This document shows positions 26,290-38,866 of a stretch of DNA of 64,000 nt, one piece after another. The position numbers and the translations under genes were made by a program. The first letter of the stretch is position 1, and each line of letters begins with the position of its first letter. The stretch is from contig OZ176053.1 of NCBI GenBank assembly GCA_964247055.1, positions 12,710,001 to 12,774,000 on the forward strand, given 5' to 3'. This DNA comes from Paragordius varius. Taxonomy: Eukaryota > Animalia > Nematomorpha. The notes under the pieces are model-generated. The model saw only the letters and a list, made by a program, of their open reading frames with translations. It did no database searches and was not told the DNA's origin.

Positions 26290-26520
26290 CATAAAGCGTA
26301 ATTACGCCATATTGTACGGTTGTGATGACTATCAACTGTTGCATTGATAGTTTGGTCTTCAGTCAAATTATCGATCCAACTCATTTTACATCTGCCACAT
26401 TTTCCAAAGCCTTCAATTTTGCCCGATATAAGTTGATACTCCAAGTTTTTGGCTCTAGTTATGTGACAGAAGTAATATTGTTTCAAGGCATAAGCCGAAT
26501 AAGGATATTTCAGGTTTAAT
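26290..26520 (-). mobile_element. RTE-clade LINE 3' remnant
   Basis: Translation YFCHITRAKNLEYQLISGKIEGFGKCGRCKMSWIDNL..RTIWR matches the RTE ORF C-terminal pattern YFGHI.R..LEK..(G)KIEG.R.RGRP...W.D..DR..WR. Confidence 0.7.
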
Positions 26521-26611
26521 TTAATCGAGAATGTCAGTGGTTTTATTTTTTTCAATTTATCTGTAGCAATTTTCTAAAGCACCACATTTCGAAAGTATTG
26601 ATATATCTGAC

Positions 26612-27534
26612 TACTTTGATTCAAATTAAATGACACCTTGTTACCCCAGACCATTTCAAAAATAATATTATAAAATTAATAAATAGATTATCCCAAATTC
26701 TAGCCTAAGAAAATTATATGAATAAGCCAAAATGTTAAAAAATATAGTTTTGAAGAAAAATTCTATTTCAAACTGCTTCAACGCCATTTTTATTTTACAA
26801 AATTATTTCAAGTTATCATGATTATTATTCTAACGCTAAATTTAAGGTAAATTATTTATTATCACGTCTAACATATAACAGAAAAACTGGTTCAATTTTA
26901 ATTATTTTTATATATAAGGTGATGCACACATTGTTGCCTAAATTTTTACCATAGGGCAGGGGCGTACCGATGGGGGGGCAAGGGGGTGCATCATGCCCCG
27001 GGCGCCGTTATTTAGGGGCGTCTAAATGATTTTTTAAAATAAATTGTAATTTTGCAAAAAAATAAGAACTTTTAAATGAGATTTTTCAGCAATTTAAGAA
27101 ATAATCCCTATAATATATACTCTATTATTCACCTAATTAATACCATTGAATAAATTTAGTATCATATGAATATATATATTTAATAAATTTAAAATATATA
27201 TGACTGTGCTATCTTATCTATGGTGTGTAGGTTACAACGTTTGTATTTTTTTACTAAATTGTTTTATTGGCTTTTAAAAATAAGGGGGAGGGGGGGGGGG
27301 GCGCCATAAAAGTTTTATGCCCCAAGCGCCGCAAATGCTCGGTACGCCACTGCCATAGGGATCCGTAAATTAGGTAATAACAGTTTTTGCATTGCATCTT
27401 TTTTTATATTATGGTGAATTAATATTATATAAGTGCAAAATTTTACAATCCATATTTTTTATATTTGATTTTAATCACCTCACCAACTACCACAATTTCT
27501 ATCAAAGGAAATGAATGTCTTGTATCCAAAATTG
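26612..27534 (-). mobile_element. Degenerate piggyBac-like MITE, copy E2, interrupted by a hAT MITE
   Basis: Both halves align by eye to the E family (ACTTTGATTCAAATT..TACCCCAGAC at the start; TGTATCCAAAATTG|TTAA at the end) and are separated by the 26957-27352 insertion. Confidence 0.6.
26957..27352. mobile_element. hAT-superfamily MITE (396 bp)
   Basis: 14-bp TIRs CAGGGGCGTACCGA / TCGGTACGCCACTG (1 mismatch) and a perfect 8-bp TSD CCATAGGG (26949-26956 and 27353-27360). Confidence 0.9.
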
Positions 27535-27961
27535 TTAAACATTGTTCTTCTGTTTATATAAAGGTTTTTTACAGCTTTCCAACTTCTATAGATTAAAATT
27601 AAGTAGTTGCAAATGTAGATCGAAGCAAACCCAGATATAATCAATAAATATTAAAAATTCGTAGCTAAAATATAATTAACAACTTTTATAAATTATTTCA
27701 TTTTTAATATTATATGCAAAAAAATTAAAAAATGGCAGCAAAAAACCTGAGAGAGAGATTATGTTATAATTATGCTTTTTCAATATTATATTTCCAATAT
27801 CAATATTTAAAATTTTGGAGCTCGGATGCATAGCTACATAAAGTAATGGAGTTTAAAGCGTTTGGATCATATTATAGTTATATATACTTTTAGGACTTAA
27901 TGCTATTTCACCCGAAATACTAAATATTTGTTTTCCTTAAATTTAAGTGTCGAATTTGTCA

Positions 27962-29165
27962 TCTATATATTTATGAAAATTGAAATTTCTGGCTTTGTGA
28001 TCTGTTTCCGGAAAACTGGCAGACCCATTCAAATCCAAATGTCGAAAAAATAATATCATTAATGAATTCCCCGACAATACGCCCTTTTTTAAGTTAGGCC
28101 CCCAGTTCGGGCCCACCCCGTGTAAAAAACGGGTTTTTGAGTGTCCTTGAGACAATTTTCATGAAAACGTGTTGGATCATTCATTTTCAAATATGATTTT
28201 TTAAAATTATTTTCGATTGCGCCGAACATAGTCCGCTCATTAGCCCTCTTTTTACCCGCTCCCCTCGTAAAATGCCATTTTTTTTCACAAAAATTAACAC
28301 AAAAATAATTTTTTGAATTTTCGCCCAAAGTATGAGACACTAAAAATTATATAAGGATTCCATATATTCCCTGTTAAAAGGCAAAATTAGTCAGCGTTTC
28401 TTTGATGATAGCTGCTGGGTAAGGAGATACCCGCTAAAAACTGACCCGTCATATCGAATTAGCGTGTTTTGGGGCTAATTTCAGAAAACCTATCAGGCCA
28501 TATGAGTTCAATGGCTGCTTAAAATATTACCCGTAACAAGGCAAAATAGGTCGTGGCCATGCCATGAAAAATGCGCCACCATAGAAGGATTTTTTAGTTT
28601 GGAGGCAATTTTTCCAAAAACAAATGAGAGCATATGGAATCAATCATGATTCCAAGTATTCTTAAATAACCAAAAATTTTAATCAAGCACTAATTTCTAT
28701 CAGCCTCTGGGTAGGGAGCTACCCGCCTAAAACTGCCCCATTATATCAAAATTGCGTTGTTTAAAAGTTAATTTTCAGAAAACTTATCAAACCATATAAG
28801 TTCAATATGTGCCTGAAATATTATCCGTAAAAAGGCAAAAAATTATGTCAAGCGGTGTTTTTAAATTAGCGGTTATTAGGATCATTACGCCCCTATTTGG
28901 TTTTAAAGCCATTCTTCCAAAAACCATTAAGAACATATGGAATGAATGATGATTCCAGGTATTACCCTATAAGAGCAAAATTTTTTATCGGACGTCTTTA
29001 TTATATTGGCATCTGGGTAGAGTGGTACCCGCCTACAACTGCGCCACCATATCGATACAGCGTGGATTTGAATGCAAATATTAGAATACTTATCAAGCCA
29101 TATGAGCTCAAAAAGGGCTTGCAATATTTTCCGTATAAAGGCAAACATTTAAGAGCGGTTTTAGT
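27962..29165 (+). mobile_element. Non-autonomous Helitron, copy H2 (5' end intact, 3' end not seen)
   Basis: Starts A|TCTATATATTTATGAAAATTG, matching the H1 5' end. Reverse-complement homology to 15480-16378, with three diverged ~290-bp internal subrepeats. Confidence 0.75.
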
Positions 29166-30008
29166 TGGATTTATCTAAAATATTTACAGGCTCCTGTAAT
29201 TTTCCATTTCATTTTCTTAATAAATTTACTATAACCGAATTTGGCCACATTATTTTTTGTATACGATGAAATTTTGGAGTATTTTTCTATCCCAGAGCTT
29301 AAACTAATAAACAAAATTAATTATCTATTCTCTTCTCCTGTTAATAAACTTGGCTTTATAATTTTTTAACTTGTAGAGTCCCGAATTCAAATTGAAACGA
29401 ACAGATGATAATAAAATCAATATCAAAAATTTGCTAAATTATTTTAATCTTTACCAAAATTATTTACATTTTACAACCAAAACATCCAGTTGTGATCACG
29501 ATTCGAAATGATAATAATAGCAGAGAAGTTAAAGATTAGAACTTATATAATACTTTTTTCAAAATTTTTGAATCATGCGGGCTAAAAAAAACGCATATTT
29601 CTAAATTTAGCCTAATGCTAAAAATATTTTTAATATTAAATTTTATGTGGCCCTGGGGTATAAAACAGCCCCAAGACAGTTTAACCGCGATGGTTAATAA
29701 ATTAATTCCATACACTATAACACTACCAAATATTTTTTTAATAAATTGTTAACCTCTGTAAAATATTCGCATTAATCAAATTCGCCTAAAACGATCATTG
29801 ATAACTTTTACGGCATAAAAATACTTTAAAACTACAATATGGAAACATAATATATTTATTAAATATAGTTATAAAGAAAAATAATTGTTTGTTTGTTTGT
29901 CATTGTACAAAATAAATATTGTATAAAATTGCACTTTATTCAATATCTTTGAGATAAATGTTTGGTTTCATTCATTTTTGATTGGTATGATAAAATTTCT
30001 TATATAAA

Positions 30009-33000
30009 TTATTGACAAATAAAATTGGGATCCAAATAGAAATTAAGCCCCTTCAATGCATTATCTAAGGATTCCAAAGTGTCCTGAAAGCCTAAATTAA
30101 GTCAATAAATATTTAATTATATTAATGTGATTGAAACAAAATAGTTGATTGAACATATGGTGTTGTAAGTTATCCGGCAAAATGTTAATTCATTTTGGTT
30201 TATATAGAGAAAGTAAGCTTTGAGATTAACAAAAAACTGATGGCCAAGTTAAAATGGTGGCTAATAATTTAGTGGTCAAATGTTTTTTAAATAAACAATA
30301 TTTGTGATTAAAATAATTTTATATTTATTGGCCACAATATTTTAAAACTCATCTAAAACGCGATTGACAGAATTTTTAAATGTGTACATATATTAATTTG
30401 CAAAACTTACATATTTTTCCATTTCAGTGTATTAATTTTATTTTAACAATAATTGTAAAAATTAAATTTTTTTAATTGAGGCTAATTGATATTCATTACA
30501 GATAATTATATTTTATGAAAACCGATTCCCACTGTATTAAAACGTCAATAAAAAAATAACTCTAAAACATTAGATTTACATTTTAAATGTAACTTAACTA
30601 TTCATTATATAATAATTTAAATATTTAATATTTTTCAAGCTTAATCGCTTCAAAGGCAAAATGAACCTCTTTTTCGTATTCCAATATTTAATATAAATTT
30701 GCATAAAACTATATGTCTCACAAAACGGCAGATGATCAATATAGTTTTTTTTTCAAATTAACGAGTTTAAAAAAAATTGATTAAAACCATTATTACCAGT
30801 TATTGAGACATAACTCCATGATTCATAAAAGGTTTCGACCACAGCTCGACATCTAAGTATTGCTCTTAACCAGCAAACCAAAAGCTTGTAACTATCAGTA
30901 TAAAAAATAAATAAAAAATAACCAAGAGACAATTATACATTTTATAATGCAAAAAATGTTATATTACTTTAAGGCATGGCAAACAAAGGATTTATACAAG
31001 GCATTTTTATTGGTAATCCCATGAGATTGATGCGTTTTCACAATGTTATATATGGTGGCAAACATTTTCTTGAATTATTAAAAAAAATAATTATATAAAT
31101 ATAAATTTTTTTTTAATTTATATCTTTTCATTTCAAAAAAGCGAAATACCGATTTAACCGTAATTTTGGTCGGGGCAAAACTTGCATTCGAATTTTGTTT
31201 GCGATCATTGCCAACCAAAACGGATGAATCCTGTTCAATGATCCGTTTTACGGTTTGTCGATTAAATTCAGGACCGCCCTAACCCAAAATAAAATTTCAT
31301 AAGAATACGATTAAAAAACCATAATAATGTTATTTTGTGTTCTACAGTAAGATTGATTGAATATAAGATATTTCTTCATAACAATTTTACCTTTATACGA
31401 TAATAGAGTAAAATAGCATCCCAGAAATGATACAGTCTGTTTGATGATGATAATGTCGATGAAGGTAGGTCCTTATTGAAATGTTTCTCCAACTTTTTAA
31501 TTTTGTTGATTCTGTCCTTTTCTTTAGCACACATTTTTGCATCCAACATTTTGTGAAAATCGTCATCATTTTCTGGGATAACGACATATCGGTTGGGGGC
31601 AAAATAGGCTTCACTTCTTTTCTTCAGTAATGTTTTGTTATTAGGATGACAGGATTTTGCATTGGGTTTAATTTTGGTTTTATTTACGTTGTCAGTTTGT
31701 ACTAAACATTCAAAATCATCAAAAAGGAGAAAATTATCGTCAATGTGGGGAGATTTGGCTTTTTCCTGACCTCTGATTTCTGTATTCTGTGATTCGTCTT
31801 TGCCATCTGAAAAGCAACTCATATGGGGAATAAAATAAGAAAATTTGGAAGGAATCTTGACTTGGAGCGAATGTTTGTTTTGGGTGTTGGATGTGGGATT
31901 TGCCGTAGAATATTTACCATGATGACCGTTAAAAGAAAAATGATCAACTGATTTCTGCGAGTTTAAATTAGGCAAACAAATGCGTTTAACAAGTTTTATA
32001 TATACCATTTACAGTTCAAATTCACCCTTAAACAATTTAAATTCACCCTTGAACAATTCAAATTCACCCTCGAACAATTCAAATTCACCCTCGAACAATT
32101 CAAATTCACCCTCAAATGAATAACATGTTTTTTAAGATTAAAAATTACCTATATTTTAATATATTTTTAAAAATAAAATTTTGTTTTAAATTAAAATAAT
32201 ACTGAAAAAAATAATTAATTATGCCATAAAGATATATTTTATATTAATAATGAGTTATATTAGTTCGAAAACACATAATATATTTTTAGGGTAATTTTAA
32301 ATTGTTCAAGGGTGAATTTGAACTGTAAATGGTATATTTTAAATCAAGTCAATATATATAATTGTTTAATATATAGTTTTGATAAAAAATAATGAGGTAT
32401 AATTTTATAATCTTACAAATCTGAAACCATGGTGCAAGAGTTTAAGAAGCCTAGGCGCAAAATCCCGTCTTACACAATGCAGAATTGCCAAATCACATGC
32501 TTCATTTTCTTTCGTTTCGCTAGCAAAAAAATCCTAAAATATTTAAATTATTATAATGAATCATTGGAAAATTAAATAAATTGTTCTAATTTAAACAAAT
32601 TACGAATTATCAATCACGGAATATAAAAAGAAATGTATTTAACCCGGTTAAAAATTAATTTTATGCTAGAATGAAAGAAGCATGTGTATAAAAATAAAAT
32701 TATTATGTTAAAAAGGCTTGTTTGAAAAGGAATTACTATCGTTAACATTTTTAATCGTTATTCAGAGACCAAAAAAATAGAAACAATTGTAAAAAAATAA
32801 ATACCTATCTCAATTTACCCATCTTCAAAAGAAAAACAGTGTAACAAATTTAAAATAACTATATACTTTACAAAAGAGAAATCACGCACGATTAAATCGA
32901 GTTATGCCAATATATTTGTTAAAAATCTATTTATATATATCCCTGTATCTGATGGTAGTTAAAAGCACGTATAATTTACATGCTTTAAAGATGTATCAAA

Positions 33001-36000
33001 TTTTATCAACAATAAAATCTTTATTATTTTACTGCAATAAAAAGTCATAATTAATAATTATCTAACTGACATACGACTTAATCTTTGACGGTCGTTTATT
33101 ATATCCGCTCATTTAACAAAATTCCAATCTATAAAAAGCGTTAAAGCATAAACTAAATAATGAATTTACTTGATAACAAGTTTAATTTTAGGCAAAATAT
33201 CCAAAACGCTTTTTAAAACTTTTTTCAGTTCATATAAATAATGGCTAAAATACCGAGAATCGGGGCATTTAATTTTTAATTTATTTCTTATGACATTCAA
33301 AAATTAACGTTATCCTATAATCCCGCAAATCCATCATTCACTCTATCTATAATTTTCAGTTTCCCAAAACGTACAACTCTCTATATAAAAATTACTGTAT
33401 CTGTGTCTATTCCGTGTAAATCATCATTTTCTTCTGTGGAACTACTGCTAATCAAAGATTCATTTCCTTTCGAGTTTTGGTCTAAATTTTGATTTTTGAG
33501 GCTGGAGGCAGAAGATGGCTCCGTTTTATAGAGAGATGATTTCTTTTGATCCGACAATTTTTGAACAGCCATAGTCTGTAAAGCCTTAACATCGCGTTGA
33601 ATAAATTTGTCAATACAAGCCGCAATTTCACAATTCCCTTTGTCTCGATTAAAATCTAAATAAAACGTTGGTTGACTTTCCTTAGTTCCAATCTGTAGTT
33701 TTATGGGCTTCAATGATTCTAAAATAAAATTAATTATACATTTTATATTTCACACGTATACATAAAATGCTTTATATATAAATGCAGCATACATTTGTCA
33801 TATAAAAAAGGTTTGTAACCTGATTCAGCATCCGAAGTGCCTGGCGATGAAAAATACTCGGTTGTGCTTGAATTGGTTTTGGAACCTTTTTGAATTTCAC
33901 CTAAAGGACTGTTTAAGGTTACACTTTCTTTTTGTTTTTGATCATTGCTCACATTTTGGCATTGATTTGAAAATAAATTTTGATTACAATCCTCCTCGGA
34001 AATTTTATTATTATTAATTATGTCCGTCTTTGGTTCAAAATCGGCATGTGCTTGAAAATTGTCACTTTTCCAGTTGTTTTGATGATAGAGTAGCGGATTT
34101 TCCTTCTTGAAGTCAAAAGCATTGATTGTAGTAGAATCTCCAATGTTAGAAAATGAATCTTGGCGATATTTAAAACTCTTCAAGGAATTTTGTTTAAGTG
34201 CCATGTGTTTTTGGCGTTTCCTGCGGGCCAAAAGTACTGAATGATATACACTAACCAGTCTTTCGATTGCAAGTTCGAAATCAGCTCTTACATTCCTAAA
34301 TCAAATCAAATACATGATGGTTATATAATTTTATTTAATGTTATATAAGATATAAAATTGAAACTAACCCCCAGTGTAAATAGGGCGCATGAGCGAAAAT
34401 TTCCGTTTTTCTTTCAGTTGCGAATTTGTGTTTGTTTCGACGCGAAAAATTGTCATCGCAGTTTTTGGTGTTTTTTATAATTATATTACTGGCATTTTTT
34501 CCATTTGTTTGAGATGGAGACAACCCGGTATAATTCGTTTGCTGAATATTTATGATGTTGATGGTTTTTCCATTTTTGTTTTTAGTAGAGTCAGAATCGA
34601 TGTTTGAACCATTAAACCCATCTATTGTAATACAATTATTACCATTGATATTTTTACTACTATTATTATAGTTGTATTTTCCATTACACGTAGTAAAAAG
34701 GTTGTCATAAAGCGCCTGGTTATTATTGGAAAAGAGTAAATTTGTTAAAAGTTTTTCACGTTGGACATCCAAAATGGATAGAAGTGCAATTCCAAACAAC
34801 TGATAAGCTTTTCGAAACATGCCGCTAGAATTTTTGGAATCACAAACATGGGAGTTTACGGCGTTTCTACAGCCAAACTTTCTGGATCCTTGCTTCTTTT
34901 TGCTAAAAGTACCACCACACTTTTATTGATACGATAAAATGTTATATAGTTTATTATAAAAAAAATATTATTACAAGATGTTGAATGTTTGTGTCAGAAA
35001 ATATAAATTTATTCCCCTGGCAAAATTCAAATTAACAATATAATCAAGATATCAAATATATTCACTAAGAGAAACTTATGCAAACCTAGCATAAAATATA
35101 TTTGTAGTATATCTATTATATATAAATAAAGTGACAGATTAAAAAACTAAACTATTCAAGCTATCAATTATATTGGGTATATAATAAAATGTCAATGTAA
35201 CGTCTAATATTAAAATTATAAATGGAAATTAAGGAAAGAGTTCTACATCATCATTTAATATTCCAAGTCAGTGGTGTTCGACCGGAGTCAAGTGCTTTTT
35301 TATAAAACAGCTATGAATATTATCGGTATTATATGGTGCGCGGCCCTTGAGACACGAAAATAATTTTTGGCACTCTTTTAAATCTTTTGGTGAGTAACAC
35401 TGCTCTAAGTTATTAATAATAAAACTGTTGTAATTTTAAATAAAATTTAATAATTCCTAAACTCTTACTTTTGGGTTCTTGCATTGACAATTGATTGCCT
35501 TGTTATGTTTTAGCGGCGATCCTGTATAAACAAATTTTTGTAATAATTAAAAAAATGTGTTTAATCAAATCCTTATTCATTATTATAAAATAAAATGTTT
35601 GTTCGTACCAGATGATTGGAGAAAGTTTACAAACTGTTCTAAATCATAGATTTGAGTTTTCATTTGCCCAATCAAACGCTCTTCAACAATGTGCTGAGAT
35701 GTGTCTTCATAATTCTAAGAACCAAAAAATCAATATTTAAAGATATAAACTAATCTTCTAAATAAAATTATCATAAGTAACAAAATTAATTCATGTAATT
35801 TTCCCTATATCATAATCAATAGCAAAAAAGCGATGTATTTTCACACTATAACCCTATTAAACACAAGAAGCTATTTTTGGAAAACTTTTTTGCACAGTCA
35901 ATATATATATTCAAGAGCCATAAATACTAATTTTTAAAATATAATAACCAAATTAAAAAATATGCATCTCAGGCTTTAAGGCGTATTAATCAATATTAAA

Positions 36001-37573
36001 AAAATGATGGTTAAACAAATCCTTTAAATATTTTGCCGCCAAGAACACATTGTGATAATTCATAATTTAATAAAATAAATTCTATCTCATTTTAACAGCA
36101 TATATCGAATAATTTTAATTAAAAAATCTGCTATTAGTTTGAGATGACTTATTTCATCCAAATTTCGGATTTTTCATTGTAAAGCTCCATGTTTCATTTT
36201 AGTCAGAATACCTTATTTCAAATTTCCGCCTATGGTGATTAATTTTTCAGAAATAAATTCGTAGAAGCGTGTCAAAAATTTTTGTTTCTAATAAATATTA
36301 AAATGTAATATATTAGACAAATATAGTTAAAAACCTGATATTAAACATCATTTGGGATACGTTGCAACATAAGGAGTAAAGAAATAGAAAAAGTTAACAC
36401 CAATTTTATTATTATTGGTAATAGTTTTTGTAGACATCAAGGAAATGTATAGTTAGCTTTTCAAAAAATATTTGTCTATTATTTTTTGTCCGTATAATTT
36501 CGATGGTTAATGACTGTAAAAATTTTATTTTTTCATTTTTTATAACGGATTGGCAATTAAAAATTAATAAATTCTTTAAGATTGTTTTAATACAAAGTTA
36601 AACCATTCTTTGCGACTTTTCTAGAGATTAACCCATTTTATGAAAATTGGATAATTGAAATTTATTGGTTGTTTTAGCGATAATGCATATATTAAAAATT
36701 AAAAAACAGCTCATAGTTTCAAAATAGATGAAAAAAAACGATAATATTTTTGCAATAACTAAATTTTTAAATAATATTCTGAAAATATTTTGTTTAACTT
36801 TATGAATAAAAAATTGCATTCGCCAATCCTGAGAAAAACACAGGTGGACTTACATTAACTGAAAAAAAGTGAACTGTCAGTTACTTTATTTATATACCAT
36901 TAATATTTAATATTCTTCAAATTTATAATAAAATCAATCAATTTTTTCAAGCCTATAAAAAGAAAGTCATTCATTGTATAATAAAATTCAAAATAGTTTG
37001 TTAAAAAATGGAACACAATAACACATGTATGTTTTTGGATAAATTAACGGATATGTATATTGGCACACCTGCCGACTTTGTCCACCCATTAATCCCATTA
37101 TATAAAGCTAAAAAATCACTGTTAATTGTAAAATAGGATAAAAATAATTATATGATGTTGCAAAAAGTAAAATATTAAATTTAAGAGAGAGAAAAACACT
37201 TTTATATTAAGGTAAATTGGGATGCATAGATACAAAAAGAAAAATCAATATTTTATGACGAAAATAAAAATGCTAAAAAACGAGATTTAAATTAATATAA
37301 CTTTAATTATTTTAAAATGGGAATAAATTTTATATAATTACTTTTTCACAAAATTGATCGCTAGGGCATCCTTTGAAAGCAAAACTCTCCAAAGATTTAA
37401 GCATTTTCTAAGATAAAATTTTTTTTTACTTCGCGGTCATCTGTAGATGCTAACATAATTTGTTTTAATCTAAGTTGTATTTGAGCATAATGTGTGGTTA
37501 TGGATAATAAATAATTATTAAGCCGATTACACTCGTCTCCTAATTTTGAATAGTCGGAGTCTTTATTTCCCAT
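30009..37573 (-). CDS. RUNDC1: RUN domain-containing protein 1 homolog, 13-exon model, ~935 aa
   Basis: Exons 37430-37573, 37342-37407, 35609-35714, 35469-35521, 34369-34919, 33820-34295, 33396-33718, 32417-32533, 31391-31954, 31150-31278, 30968-31068, 30797-30891, 30009-30091 (2808 nt). RUNDC1-type blocks appear in order: THYAQIQLRLKQI..LESFAFKGCP; GQMKTQIYDLEQFVNFLQ..GSP..CQCK; HWGNVRA; VRRDFAPRLLKLLHHGF; HFWDAILLYY; KSFVCHALN; LLVCWL..FYESWSY; GFQDTLESL. Small exons may be missing in the 35715-37341 intron. Confidence 0.9.
32003..32334. mobile_element. TA-flanked MITE (Tc1/mariner-like), copy M1, in a RUNDC1 intron
   Basis: 39-bp TIR TACCATTTACAGTTCAAATTCACCCTT(A/G)AACAATTTAAA with 1 mismatch and TA on both sides. 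About 4.5 copies of a 21-bp subterminal repeat at the left end. Second copy at 49238-49490. Confidence 0.85.
35269..35402. mobile_element. Possible old hAT/Charlie-like MITE
   Basis: Ends CAGTGGTGTTCGACC / GGTGAGTAACACTG form an imperfect inverted pair; 8-bp flanks TTCCAAGT / CTCTAAGT match at 6 of 8. Confidence 0.3.
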
Positions 37574-38866
37574 AATATATCAATGACATATGCTTTCGCA
37601 TAATGTGTGAATATGACAAATTCATCAATATAGATGTAATTAAAATAAAAAATTTCAGCTTTGTAACCTTTGAGATATAAATATAGGCTTGAATTTTATC
37701 TAAAAAAAATTTATTGATTATTTTTTAATTTTGTTTTATATTACTACAAATGAATTTTGTTAACTAATATTTAATATACATTTTATTTGCCTAAAACGGT
37801 GGAAAAAGATTATCTAGGATTTCCTCAAAACATTAATAATATTCCCGCTTGATTATCATATTAATCATTGTTATACCTTTTTTGGTCACTCAGTTTTTCT
37901 ACATCCTGTGGAAAACTAGCCTTTTTGAGAAGCGTTTTCGATAAACGTGTTTAGCCATTTAGTTTCCTTAGTATACTTCTTTAACAATTGGGTTCAACTT
38001 CATTTCAGCCCTTCGATTCGTTTTGAAGTAACTAGTGACTACTGTATAAAATAAAATATTTAATAAATATATATTAAATTGAAACATTTGCAAATTGCAC
38101 TTACATATCATTGATGAACCAAAATATAAATATAGATTTATTCCATACTTGTTATAACTACTTTATAGATAAATCTAAAGGTAAAAATTTAGCCAACTAA
38201 TGTGTGCACTAACCACCTAAAAGAATCCATTAAGCCATGTTTTTAGTTTGTATTTACGTTGAATTAACAAATTAAGCTTTAGCATAAAAATATCACGATA
38301 ATTTGCGAAAACGTTGTATAATAACAATAGCATAATAATGGATAAAGATTTCTCAATACTGATTTATTTATAAGTTTGACTTAGCTATTTATTTTTCAGA
38401 ATTAAAGTATAAATTTAAAATGGAACGATTAAGGGTAGCTTTTTAATTCAATTTAAAAACGTCTAGGATAACTAGTTCCAACAATATGAATCGAAGTGTT
38501 AATGGTTTGAGAAAGTTCTGATGGTGATCGAGCCTAAATTGGCCTCTCACTTTAGTAGTCCTTGAACTGCTGTCCTTAAATTTTGGCTTTATAGCACATT
38601 TTTGAAAAACGTGTGGGCTGAATCAGTTTAAAAAAACACAGTGTAACCAAAATAAAAAATGTATATTCTGATAGAAAAATGTATGTTCATGGTGATAGTT
38701 TTGGCCCTTATTTTTTTAGACTTATTTTAATGATTATAAAAGAGAAGATCCTATTTAAATAAAATCGGATAACCAGTGGCATATTCCAAATCAGGGCAAA
38801 ATTTGCGCCATTTTTTAAATAAAATTTGGTGAAAACTAGAGGCTTCATTTTAAAAAATATTATAAG

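Noticed and set aside
32020-32115. Regularly spaced 21-bp repeats that could be mistaken for a CRISPR array
   Set aside because: Head-to-tail with no spacers, inside a MITE, in a eukaryotic intron, with no cas genes.
37860-38050. GC-elevated segment upstream of RUNDC1 with an acceptor-like site
   Set aside because: All three minus-strand frames contain stops, and the RUNDC1 start is already accounted for at 37573.
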